In this document: positions 9,701 through 17,338 of the stretch, piece by piece | Layout of the letters: each line of letters starts with the position of its first letter | How positions within the stretch are numbered: the first letter of the stretch is position 1 | Origin: a virus | Taxonomy: Duplodnaviria; Caudoviricetes | Reading direction: 5' to 3' (one strand) | Virus record (IMG/VR): IMGVR_UViG_3300025699_000047 | Span: 1-26,290 of that record | DNA length: 26,290 nucleotides | Translations under genes and position numbers: made by a program | Notes under the pieces: generated by a model | The model's input: only the letters and a program-made list of their open reading frames with translations | Databases searched by the model: none | Told to the model about the DNA's origin: nothing

Positions 9701-11311
9701 GCTTATACAACTGCAAATAAATTAGCTAAATATATTAGTGTTAATGGTAATAGGAGTTTAAGTTCTAGTAAAGGATTAAAATTAGTTAGAGATTTAAATA
9801 GGTATGGTATTGATGTTCAAGATGGATTAAGAATAGGACAGTTTAGTACTTATGATAAAGCAATTGCATCTCAAATAGGCAAGAAAGTATTAAATCAATC
9901 AGGTCTTTTAGCAGCTAATAGAGATGCGTTGATACCTCAAGTACAAAATAGATTATTGTTTGCTCAAAGTAGAAACCCTTGGGTAAGATTAATGGGTCAG
10001 TTTACTTCTTGGGCTATGGCTAAATCAGCACAAACAAATAAGATGTTACAAAGAATTGAAAATGGGGATGCAAAACAAATGGTAAAATTATTAGCAGCAT
10101 TACCTGTTTATGGTGGTATTCAAATGTTAAGAGAGATTGCTAAATATGGTGAAGTTAGAACTGACCCACAAAATAATGAAGCAACATGGTGGGCAGAATC
10201 TTTAAGATTATCAGGTATGTCAGGTATACTTCCTGAATTAGTTGTTGGAAGATTAACTGGACCAGGTTCTAGAGAACCATGGTTTATTCCTTTTCCTGCT
10301 GCAAGTGTTGCAACAGATGTAGGAAGATTACTTCAAGAAACTTTAGTAGGAGACACAGATAAAGCAATGGAAATTTTTGATAAAAGAATTGCACCTTTAC
10401 CTACTTGGAGAAGTTGGATAGCTAAATTATGGGGTGGAGTAGAAGTAACTAAAAAATATAGAAGAGATAAAGTTGATAGTGAAGATAACACAATTAAACC
10501 TAAAAAATTTGCTTATGGTGGTATTATTATTAAAAGAAAAAAATATGCAACAGGAGATTTAGCTTTATCTAATTTACAAGGTGTTAAAGTTATTAACACT
10601 TTAAATGAAGATGTTAAAATTACTAAAAATGATAAATATATTATTGGAGATAATTTAAATAAAGTAGAAAAATTTACAGAAGAAAAAGTAATAGAAAAAA
10701 AACCTATGAGTGTAGAGAATGCTAAAAAATTACCTATGAAAACAAATGATTTAACTGGAGGAAAAATAAATTGGAAATTTATAGCTGATAGAGAAGGCAA
10801 AGGAAAAGAACAGGGTTATGTTCCTAAAGATAAAAATAATAAACCTGATTCAAATTCAGGTGTAACTATAGGTACTGGTATAGATTTAAAAATGAAGAAT
10901 AGAAAATACTTTGAAGATTTAAATATTGATGAAGATATTATTAAAAAGTTAGAACCTTTCTTTGGTTTAAAAGGATTAGAAGCAGATGTTAAAGCAAAAA
11001 ATTTAAACTTATCTACAGAACAAATTGCTAAATTAGATTTAGCTGTTAAGAAAGATTATTCAAATAGAATAATAACACAATATGAAAAAGATTCAGGTAA
11101 AAGATTTGAAAATTTAACTGATGCACAACAAACAGTTCTTATTTCTGTTGCTTTTCAACATGGTTTAGGTGCTACCAAAAAATATAATTTTTGGAAACAA
11201 GCTACGACAGGAGATTGGGATTCTGTAAAGAAAAATTTAAGAGACTTTAAAGATAATTATAACAAAAGAAGAAATCTGGAAGCAGATTTATTAGAGAAAG
11301 GAAATAAATAA
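6728..11311 (+). CDS. Large internal virion protein with C-terminal pesticin-type (T4-lysozyme-like) muramidase (1527 aa)
   Basis: C-terminal ~180 aa (from ~10766): INWKFIADREG...GYVP...SNSGVTIGTGIDL...LTDAQQTVLISVAFQHG...GDW...LRDF...RRNLEADLL, the pesticin C-terminal domain pattern; central Gly-rich hydrophobic segments. Confidence 0.8.
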   Translation: MAEVNELSLSNLEGVTTPSISQETTQQVTNDLSLSNLQGVEVTPTTLNNELSLSSLEGITLTETTPATTLTKKDYSNSFINSNYTNEFNQNLIQNIGDEPTTAEKIAYGLDKQNMFFGNVFRVAKAGLQAAFDPEKEFKEVALDNAKIAQADLYNRHEKFRGGKYDDDIEVLVSEMATFLVDPYYLFMYATPWGRAMSMRQTGFKAMAKVAGLSAGTVSLDKLFDNLATTGEVNPKDIAQTAGIAGVLGPASMKAFQIIGKLLPSADKSKIAQIIGVIDGKTKTQLGVTNAEFKSLQKLAGDKDFLKLNKQLKKTETASKKLISDNSKVQAQYYKSVKPFDDKIKKLEADKKLIKSDVIGLIDKKKATKSISNQIIKIQTAERAREKAFKKAQIEVWKEKSAYAKTIIDETAVRDVKLLEKLWKQKGLTAKTAQIVLSAGIRPLMGAAIGGGIGKLWGPDDANLSKWMWTGAALGLTHKGIMASKILPGQSKNLIQRVLYQDATKYAFQKVREFTSTTTSSKLATVGGSTEKIGLQLLEGIDSSFAKNSVTQKAENLLQTWRLRTANVNRPYSLEEQALALSVIRGSQQKVFKIGGKDVTNRVNTLSKKLTKELEDFKKLREEAGIFSLNEDKTSKNFGKLMEIKNYFPRVYDFSKIKGNEKDFEKVLIGIYKSLGKNDKQAKSSAASFSKSLLNQDDTLINQSSIDEYITGISTKLGVLKKNPLSEHITKARILEGPYAKVEKVLNDNGYLVNNANDVLFNLYNRSMKSIAFAETFGNKGQMLKPYIDSIMKKYKDAVGKQFGITNENWKSKAATEIKLVTNTIDGYFGRYGSKQLGTSKSIAGILATVSNLNMLDRVTIASLGDIVQPFSNSTNLTAFFKGIYRTGFTVKRETGAAKNLNQNLENEIRGWLLKAGTKQNKLKTNLNRSNLTSTMGDEAVLKFDDATQAANVMGKMGTLRKVNEVGFKVLGLQWLTGLSRRYAYNVGAIDAYTTANKLAKYISVNGNRSLSSSKGLKLVRDLNRYGIDVQDGLRIGQFSTYDKAIASQIGKKVLNQSGLLAANRDALIPQVQNRLLFAQSRNPWVRLMGQFTSWAMAKSAQTNKMLQRIENGDAKQMVKLLAALPVYGGIQMLREIAKYGEVRTDPQNNEATWWAESLRLSGMSGILPELVVGRLTGPGSREPWFIPFPAASVATDVGRLLQETLVGDTDKAMEIFDKRIAPLPTWRSWIAKLWGGVEVTKKYRRDKVDSEDNTIKPKKFAYGGIIIKRKKYATGDLALSNLQGVKVINTLNEDVKITKNDKYIIGDNLNKVEKFTEEKVIEKKPMSVENAKKLPMKTNDLTGGKINWKFIADREGKGKEQGYVPKDKNNKPDSNSGVTIGTGIDLKMKNRKYFEDLNIDEDIIKKLEPFFGLKGLEADVKAKNLNLSTEQIAKLDLAVKKDYSNRIITQYEKDSGKRFENLTDAQQTVLISVAFQHGLGATKKYNFWKQATTGDWDSVKKNLRDFKDNYNKRRNLEADLLEKGNK
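6740..6904 (+). repeat. Three N-terminal peptide repeats N[ED]LSLS[NS]L[EQ]G[VI], with a fourth copy at 10556-10585
   Basis: NELSLSNLEGV, NDLSLSNLQGV and NELSLSSLEGI separated by T/P-rich spacers; DLALSNLQGV precedes the muramidase region. Confidence 0.85.
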
Positions 11312-11743
11312 ATGCCATTTGAAATGATAACAATGTTAGGGTCTACAGTACTCGGAGGAGTAATGAGTATATGGTCGCAAAGCATTAAAGCAAAACAAGC
11401 AGAACAAAAGATGCTTATACAAAGAGCAGAAGTACAACAACAAGGTTTTAAAGAAGCTAGAGAATATGACAACAAAGGTTTCCAATGGACTAGAAGAATT
11501 ATAGCATTGACTGCTGTATTTGCTATAGTACTATTACCAAAATTAATGCCTATACTATCACCAGATACAAGTGTGATTGTAGGTTATTTAGAATTTAGAC
11601 CTTCGTTTTTCTTTATACCAGAAAAAGAAATAATGAAATGGGTAACACTATCATCTAATAGTTTTGTTATTACACCATTAGATACTAACTTAGTATCAGC
11701 TATTATTGGTTTATACTTTGGAGGTTCGTTAGTTAAAAAATAA
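11312..11743 (+). CDS. Membrane protein, putative holin-like (143 aa)
   Basis: Hydrophobic segments MITMLGSTVLGGVMSIW, IIALTAVFAIVLLPKL and LVSAIIGLYFGG, with a basic C-terminus; directly follows the muramidase gene. Confidence 0.55.
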   Translation: MPFEMITMLGSTVLGGVMSIWSQSIKAKQAEQKMLIQRAEVQQQGFKEAREYDNKGFQWTRRIIALTAVFAIVLLPKLMPILSPDTSVIVGYLEFRPSFFFIPEKEIMKWVTLSSNSFVITPLDTNLVSAIIGLYFGGSLVKK

Positions 11744-11744
11744 T

Positions 11745-11885
11745 ATGTTAGATAAGTGGTTATATAATTTCTTTGGTGGACTCGATACTGCAATATCTAA
11801 AGTAGAGACTTATGCAATTAAGTTAACTACTTGGTGTTGGCATTCAAGAGTAAATATACTGAGAAAAAAAAGAAAGAAAAAATGA
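11745..11885 (+). CDS. Small amphipathic peptide with polybasic tail (46 aa; not in ORF track)
   Basis: MLDKWLYNFFGGLDTAISKVETYAIKLTTWCWHSRVNILRKKRKKK*; ATGA overlap with next gene; similar to 13061-13174. Confidence 0.65.
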   Translation: MLDKWLYNFFGGLDTAISKVETYAIKLTTWCWHSRVNILRKKRKKK

Positions 11886-12049
11886 GAGATACTAAACTTA
11901 TAAATGCTTACACAGAAAAAGTAAACAAAGAGAGAAAGAGAATGGAACTGTTTAAGGATTTAAAAAAGGAAGTAGAGACTGGTGCTAATGGTACTCAGTC
12001 TTATATAATAAAAGAAGGTGTTAACAAAGGTAAGAAAGCAACTAAATAA
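11882..12049 (+). CDS. Small basic hypothetical protein (55 aa, MRDTKLINAY...)
   Basis: ATG at 11882 is coupled by ATGA overlap and preferred to the non-ATG start at 11831 in the ORF track. Confidence 0.7.
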   Translation: MRDTKLINAYTEKVNKERKRMELFKDLKKEVETGANGTQSYIIKEGVNKGKKATK

Positions 12050-12063
12050 TATGGAGTCTAATT

Positions 12064-12138
12064 ATGAATTATTATTTTACAGGTTTGTTAATTATTGCAT
12101 TTGTATTGTTAGCATTATTTGGAGGACCTAATTTATGA
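12064..12138 (+). CDS. 24-aa single-pass membrane micropeptide (not in ORF track)
   Basis: MNYYFTGLLIIAFVLLALFGGPNL*; GGAG RBS; ATGA overlap with 12135. Confidence 0.65.
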   Translation: MNYYFTGLLIIAFVLLALFGGPNL

Positions 12139-12500
12139 AAAGAAAAATAAATTTATTCTTTCACAAGTTATCATTAGCTTGGTTGTCTTGTATGTTATTT
12201 ATGGTACAAGGAAACTTACCTGCATTGACAACAAAACACGCTTTGATAGCTACAAAAACTGGTGTAATAACTGGTTTTTTAGTTGTATTAATGTCTTTTG
12301 TACCTTGGAAGTTTGAATATAAATTACCTATACTTATGTTTGTAGGTTGTTTTATTGCAGATATGTTATCTCATCTATCACACTTTGGTGAAGCATGGAC
12401 TGAAGCTGCGTGTACTGCATTATTAGCTGCAACATTTTCTTATGTAATAAGTTTATCTCCAGCAGGTAAAAAACTAGAAGAATATATAGGAGGAAAATGA
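12135..12500 (+). CDS. Multi-pass membrane protein (121 aa)
   Basis: About four hydrophobic segments; GGAGGA RBS; ATGA coupling at both ends. Confidence 0.75.
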   Translation: MKRKINLFFHKLSLAWLSCMLFMVQGNLPALTTKHALIATKTGVITGFLVVLMSFVPWKFEYKLPILMFVGCFIADMLSHLSHFGEAWTEAACTALLAATFSYVISLSPAGKKLEEYIGGK

Positions 12501-12862
12501 AGATAAGTGAAAACACAGCAGTTGCAATGCCTATAAAAAATATGATTGGAATTGTAGTAGCTGTAGCTATGGGTGTGTTTGCTTATACAGAAGTAACAGC
12601 AAGACTAACATCACTTGAGACATCAAGAGAATTATTTCAAGCAGACCTACTTAAAAAATCAGAACAAAAACCAACAGACCAAGAACAGTTTATGTTAATA
12701 GAAGCTTTGTTTGAAGATGTAGAAAAGTTAATTAAGAATCAAGAACAAAATATGACTAACAAAGTTAATATAGAATTTCTTAAAACACAACTAGAAAAAG
12801 CATTGGATGATGTAGAGAAATTAAAAGATAAAGTTAGGGCAAATGGTAATGGTCATGGTTGA
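12497..12862 (+). CDS. N-terminal TM plus coiled-coil protein (121 aa), possible lysis accessory (i-spanin-like topology)
   Basis: AGGAGG RBS; MIGIVVAVAMGVFAY TM followed by heptad-rich region. Confidence 0.6.
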   Translation: MKISENTAVAMPIKNMIGIVVAVAMGVFAYTEVTARLTSLETSRELFQADLLKKSEQKPTDQEQFMLIEALFEDVEKLIKNQEQNMTNKVNIEFLKTQLEKALDDVEKLKDKVRANGNGHG

Positions 12863-13064
12863 AGTAGTTGTAGCTTTATTAATGATTGTTAATGGTGAGA
12901 TTAAAGAACATAGAATACAAGAATCAATGTCTAAATGTTTAAAAGGAAAACGAATTGCTATGAGAGAAAGTAAATCTCATATTGAATATCAATGTATTAA
13001 ATCTAAAGCAGAAACAGAGATATATATGGGTGAAAAATCAATTAAGAAATTAATATTAAAATGA
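12855..13064 (+). CDS. Small Cys-containing protein with hydrophobic N-terminus (69 aa)
   Basis: MVEVVVALLMIVNG...SMSKCL...YQC; start chosen to minimise overlap, alternatives at 12843/12849. Confidence 0.65.
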   Translation: MVEVVVALLMIVNGEIKEHRIQESMSKCLKGKRIAMRESKSHIEYQCIKSKAETEIYMGEKSIKKLILK

Positions 13065-13174
13065 TAGATAGATTTATATATAAGTTTTGTGGTATAATGG
13101 ATAGGTATACTGAGTGGATGAATAAATTATTATTTGCACCAAGATGTAAATGTAAAAGAAAGAAAAAGAAATGA
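13061..13174 (+). CDS. Small amphipathic peptide with polybasic tail (37 aa; not in ORF track)
   Basis: MIDRFIYKFCGIMDRYTEWMNKLLFAPRCKCKRKKKK*; ATGA overlaps at both ends. Confidence 0.7.
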   Translation: MIDRFIYKFCGIMDRYTEWMNKLLFAPRCKCKRKKKK

Positions 13175-13383
13175 AATTTATATTAACAATGAGTTTATGT
13201 TCTTTTATAAACAATCAATGCTTACCACCAGTACAAATAGAAACTTACTATGATTCATGGAAAGATTGTACTGTAGCAGCTTTAAGAATATCTAAAGAAC
13301 TTTTAGATACACAAACAATTAAAGATGTTAATGATGCTCAGTTAGCAACTAAGTATATGTGTACTCTAGAACAATTAATTTAA
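13171..13383 (+). CDS. Small Cys-rich protein with hydrophobic N-terminus (70 aa)
   Basis: MKFILTMSLCSF...QC...YDSWKDC...KYMC; last gene of the plus-strand block. Confidence 0.7.
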   Translation: MKFILTMSLCSFINNQCLPPVQIETYYDSWKDCTVAALRISKELLDTQTIKDVNDAQLATKYMCTLEQLI

Positions 13384-13637
13384 GAATGAAAAACATCTGA
13401 AGCAATCTTCTCTAAGTCTTCAGACAGGATACTAAACTTAGCATCACACTCTCTTAACAAAGCTTTAATCACACCAGCATTTTCTTTTTTAAAATGTAAA
13501 GCAATTTTATCCATAGGATATTTAGACAACTCAGTTATAAATTGTCCTTGATTATTAATAAGTAATTTGAAACTCATCAAGTAAGCTTCTTTTCTTTTAG
13601 TTCTTTTCTTTTGTTTAAGTTTTGGATTGGTCTTCAT
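13380..13637 (-). CDS. Hypothetical protein (85 aa)
   Basis: ORF track; last gene of the minus-strand block; its stop overlaps the plus-strand stop within TTAA. Confidence 0.65.
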   Translation of the reverse strand: MKTNPKLKQKKRTKRKEAYLMSFKLLINNQGQFITELSKYPMDKIALHFKKENAGVIKALLRECDAKFSILSEDLEKIASDVFHS

Positions 13638-13941
13638 GTTTCTTTCTAAGTAAATCTACAAGAAAATCATCATCACTTTTTTCAGAACTAAGTTTTGTTA
13701 AAGGTTCTTGACCATCTATATATGTTTCAATTGTTTTTATTCTAACAGGGTTAGTCATAAAAATAGGAAATCTTTTATTAGAAAGAGATTTAACCATAAA
13801 GAAACCATCTTCTGCTACACCAAATGTTTCTATATTTTTAATATCAATATCATCTGAACCTATTAAACAAATTCTTAAATGATAAACACCATCTAATTGT
13901 TTAACTGGTTGACCATTAAGTCCTACAATTTTATCTGTCAT
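13615..13941 (-). CDS. Hypothetical protein (108 aa, MTDKIVGLNG...)
   Basis: ORF track; internal ATG at 13941 gives a short overlap with the upstream gene. Confidence 0.7.
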   Translation of the reverse strand: MTDKIVGLNGQPVKQLDGVYHLRICLIGSDDIDIKNIETFGVAEDGFFMVKSLSNKRFPIFMTNPVRIKTIETYIDGQEPLTKLSSEKSDDDFLVDLLRKKHEDQSKT

Positions 13942-14236
13942 TTTCAAATGTCTTATCGGTTGCATGATGGTCTACTTCTACAGGTGCTACTTCACCTTGT
14001 TGTCCATCATCATCAGCTAAACTATCTACACTCTCAGTATACATTTCATTTAACTTATCATTGTTTCTAGTTATCTTTAATTTAAGATGGTCTTTTAATG
14101 CATCTATTTTAACATGAAGTATTTTATCTAGATGTTCATTAATACCATACATAGGCAAGTCATTTAAAGAAGATATAATTCTGCGAAAACCTCTTGCTCT
14201 TTTTTCTAATTGTGTTATCTGTGATTCTTTAGTCAT
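13931..14236 (-). CDS. Hypothetical helical protein with acidic tail (101 aa)
   Basis: ORF track; GGAGAG RBS; tight packing. Confidence 0.7.
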   Translation of the reverse strand: MTKESQITQLEKRARGFRRIISSLNDLPMYGINEHLDKILHVKIDALKDHLKLKITRNNDKLNEMYTESVDSLADDDGQQGEVAPVEVDHHATDKTFENDR

Positions 14237-14468
14237 AGTCTCTCTCCAATATCATTTGTAAATAGTGAATTGCTTTTTCAATATCTTTTGATTTTCCTTT
14301 TGATTTATGTCTGCATATATATTTAATAGCATTACCTTCTGCAAACTCTAAACGATTTTCATTTATAAAGTAAGCAGGTTGTATCTTCATTTTTTTATAA
14401 TGGTTTCCATCTACTTGTTCATCTAATGAATCATAGGTAGTACCTTTAAATATATCTTTGTTAGTCAT
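14229..14468 (-). CDS. DUF3310 family protein (T7 gp1.7-like nucleotide kinase family)
   Basis: QVDGNHY...IQP...F.EGNAIKYICR...KG...DIEKAIHYL signature. Confidence 0.85.
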   Translation of the reverse strand: MTNKDIFKGTTYDSLDEQVDGNHYKKMKIQPAYFINENRLEFAEGNAIKYICRHKSKGKSKDIEKAIHYLQMILERDYD

Positions 14469-14773
14469 TATAATGGTCCTTGTTCTATCATTTTTTGTCT
14501 TCTTAATTGTTGTTCAGTTGGTTGTAACATATCATTTAAATCATCGATTGTCAACTCTGGGTTGCGTTTTAATTTTTTAACTATCCATTTATATGACCAA
14601 GGTTGTAATCTAAATGTATCACCATCATAGTAATGAGTTTGATTTGGCATAAAAGCAAATACATTTTTATAATTAATTTTACTTGCTTCTTCTTTAGTCA
14701 TTAAAGAATGCAACCAAGCTACTAATATATGTCTAGCTTTTCTTCTTATTGGTTTCATTTGTTTTGCGTTCAT
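14468..14773 (-). CDS. Hypothetical protein (101 aa)
   Basis: ORF track; coupled overlaps at both ends. Confidence 0.7.
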   Translation of the reverse strand: MNAKQMKPIRRKARHILVAWLHSLMTKEEASKINYKNVFAFMPNQTHYYDGDTFRLQPWSYKWIVKKLKRNPELTIDDLNDMLQPTEQQLRRQKMIEQGPL

Positions 14774-15699
14774 ATTCTTTTACTATAATCTTTTAATTGT
14801 TTTTCATATTCATATGTTATCTCTTCTACTAAAGGTTGTTTAACAACATCAGCTAACATAACATTCTTATTAGAATATTTAAATACTCTTAAACCTTTAC
14901 CATCATTAGTATCAGAATGACATTCCCATTTATGAGGACAAAACATACAACCAGTAGCTAAAGTTTTGTTACCATTCTTTTCTGTTTTAAATTCATAACA
15001 TTTTTCTGGAGGTGTATCTTGTTCTAATGTAGTTCTTAAATTTTTAATTAAAGATTTAACATTAGGTTTAGCCATGTCTTCAGGTTTATAAAAACATATA
15101 TCACCACTTGATTTATCAACAACTAAAAAGCCACCTGCTTTAGTACCCATAGCTGTTTCATATCCTGATAACTGGGCATGATAACCAAAGGGGTCATCAC
15201 CTACTATCTCACCTGATTGAAATTTTTTAAAACTAAATGGTGAAGCAGACTTAACATCACATATCTCACCATCAATCTTACTATCTATATGTCCAGTCAC
15301 ACCATCAATCTCTACTTTCTTTTGTTGGTCTTCTATCTTATGACCTGCAAGTTCAGCTAAGTAAAGTACTAAGTGTTCAATGATATGACCATATAAAAAT
15401 TTTAAATTTAATCCTGCATCTTCATCTTTTCTATCTTTAGGACTATGTTTATCATACCATAATTGTCTAGCAGGTTTACCTAGTACTGACATTCTAAGCT
15501 TACCTTCTTTATCTGTTCTTACTGGTGGAGTATTCCAAGCTAACATAGCTTCTTTAATATTCTTTAAGAATACATCCATGTTTTCTTCTGTCATGTTGGC
15601 AGGTTTACCATTAGATATTTCAGATATTAAATGTTTAATGTCTGTAGCTAAAGTACTAATGTGTTTCTGACCAATTGTTTCCGATTTTATATTTTCCAT
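14770..15699 (-). CDS. PD-(D/E)XK (Cas4/RecB-like) exonuclease
   Basis: LRMSVLG..RQLWY, GHIIE, GHID...DVKS, QLSGY and C-terminal CMFC....EC motifs; directly downstream of the polymerase. Confidence 0.85.
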   Translation of the reverse strand: MENIKSETIGQKHISTLATDIKHLISEISNGKPANMTEENMDVFLKNIKEAMLAWNTPPVRTDKEGKLRMSVLGKPARQLWYDKHSPKDRKDEDAGLNLKFLYGHIIEHLVLYLAELAGHKIEDQQKKVEIDGVTGHIDSKIDGEICDVKSASPFSFKKFQSGEIVGDDPFGYHAQLSGYETAMGTKAGGFLVVDKSSGDICFYKPEDMAKPNVKSLIKNLRTTLEQDTPPEKCYEFKTEKNGNKTLATGCMFCPHKWECHSDTNDGKGLRVFKYSNKNVMLADVVKQPLVEEITYEYEKQLKDYSKRI

Positions 15700-17338
15700 T
15701 TAGTGGACACCTTACATTTAATTGTTTACCTGCATCTACAATAGATTGTACTGCTAACATTCCAAACTCATCTGCTCTTTTCTCTTCGACTTCGTATTGA
15801 AACTCATCATGTACATTCACTACTGGTAGTGCTTTGATTTGTTTTATCTTAACATATTCCTCTAGCAATGTCAACGCATACTTCATAACAGTTGCACCTG
15901 CTCCTTGAAGTAAAGTATTCAATGCTGCATGAGGATACCTTATTATTATTTTTCTTTGGTCGAGTCCTCTGACCCATCTTCTACTAGCAATTCGTTCCAC
16001 CTTTTCTCGTAAGCTTCTAAGACTTGGTGTTGCTCTAAGAAATTTTTCTTTAATTCTTTCACCATCTCTTTCCGAACCTCCAATGATACTTCCGATTTTT
16101 TTTGAACCTGCTCCATAGATGAATGCATATATAAAAGTTTTGCTTTCATCTCTTGATGCCAAACCAGCAGCAATTTGATTTGTAGTGTGTATATCTCCAT
16201 TAACGACTTCATGTGTATAATCCTTATCATTCATGTAGTGTGCTAACATCCTCAACTCAAGTCCTGAAGCATCAACACCTACTAATTTATAACCTTTGTT
16301 TACTGTCCATAATGCCCTACATTCTTTACCATAAGGAGAGTACACAGCAGGAATTTGAGCCATGTTGGGCGACTGATGGCTCATCCTTCCTGTTATTGTT
16401 CCATTGGTAATAACTTTGCCATGCACTCTACCATCTTCCTTAATAGCTTCTATCCAAGAACTGACTTGAGCAATTCTTTTCTGTAGCATTAAGTATCTGT
16501 TTATTAATTTAGCTTCAGGTATATTATGTATTTTAGATAATACTTTCTCATCAACAATCACATGACCTTTATCTGTTTTCTTCTTAGGTTTCCACCCAAG
16601 TAACATTAATCGTTCAGCAATCTGTTGCCTTGAACCTAAATTAAATTCTTTATATTTAACTTTAATAAAGGGTACTCCCTTTACATAACCTCTTGCTTTG
16701 TTATTAGACTTAGGTATAAACTCTGTCTCTATTTTTAAAGGAGGAAAAGTTTGTCTTACTTTAGTTGTTAGGTCATTCATATCTTCTTGAAACTTACATT
16801 GTAATTCATAAGCATCAATAACATTTATTTTAAATCCTGTATCATGTTGTTTCTGAATTATCTCTGCAACCTTATGCTCTAACTCTATTGATTGTCCAAA
16901 GTCTTTTGTCTTAGTACTTAAAAATTTATATAATCTTTCTGTTAACTCTACATCATTCCTACAATAAGTCAACATCTCTTCAGTAAAGAAATCAAATTGT
17001 TCAAAGTGTATTTTATTATGTCCTAACTTTGTACCCCAATTTTTTAATGAGTGTCCACCTTCTATCATTGGATTTAATAATCTAGATAGTACTAATGTAT
17101 CTGTCTTCTTACAGTTAGCAAACAAATCATAACCAAATATTTTATTGACAACTGGTATATCAAATCCTAATATGTTATGACCTATTACTTCTTCAGTTTG
17201 TTTTATAAACTCTTCAAACCTATGTAAGTTATCTTCTCTAAACTGATAGTAAGTGTCATTATGTTTACAAACAATACACCATATCTTATCAGCAGTCATG
17301 GTTGTTTCTATATCAAATATAACTTTATTAAAAGTCAT
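15656..17338 (-). CDS. T7-like family A DNA polymerase with 3'-5' exonuclease (560 aa)
   Basis: ExoI FDIET, ExoII GHNILGFDIP, ExoIII YCRNDV; TGRMSHQSPNMAQIP; motif A DASGLELRMLAH; motif B RDESKTFIYAFIYG; motif C VHDE. Confidence 0.97.
   Translation of the reverse strand: MTFNKVIFDIETTMTADKIWCIVCKHNDTYYQFREDNLHRFEEFIKQTEEVIGHNILGFDIPVVNKIFGYDLFANCKKTDTLVLSRLLNPMIEGGHSLKNWGTKLGHNKIHFEQFDFFTEEMLTYCRNDVELTERLYKFLSTKTKDFGQSIELEHKVAEIIQKQHDTGFKINVIDAYELQCKFQEDMNDLTTKVRQTFPPLKIETEFIPKSNNKARGYVKGVPFIKVKYKEFNLGSRQQIAERLMLLGWKPKKKTDKGHVIVDEKVLSKIHNIPEAKLINRYLMLQKRIAQVSSWIEAIKEDGRVHGKVITNGTITGRMSHQSPNMAQIPAVYSPYGKECRALWTVNKGYKLVGVDASGLELRMLAHYMNDKDYTHEVVNGDIHTTNQIAAGLASRDESKTFIYAFIYGAGSKKIGSIIGGSERDGERIKEKFLRATPSLRSLREKVERIASRRWVRGLDQRKIIIRYPHAALNTLLQGAGATVMKYALTLLEEYVKIKQIKALPVVNVHDEFQYEVEEKRADEFGMLAVQSIVDAGKQLNVRCPLNGKYKIGNNWSETH

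Noticed and set aside
10513-11793. Minus-strand ORFs 10513-10800, 11257-11475 and 11584-11793
   Set aside because: Antisense to well-supported plus-strand genes; composition typical of shadow frames.
12119-12316. Plus-strand 65-aa alternative-frame ORF
   Set aside because: TTG start, nested over 12135-12500, which has a good RBS and coupling.
14770-15699. Cas4-like nuclease as a sign of a CRISPR system
   Set aside because: No repeat-spacer array or other cas genes; its position after PolA fits a replication/recombination exonuclease.
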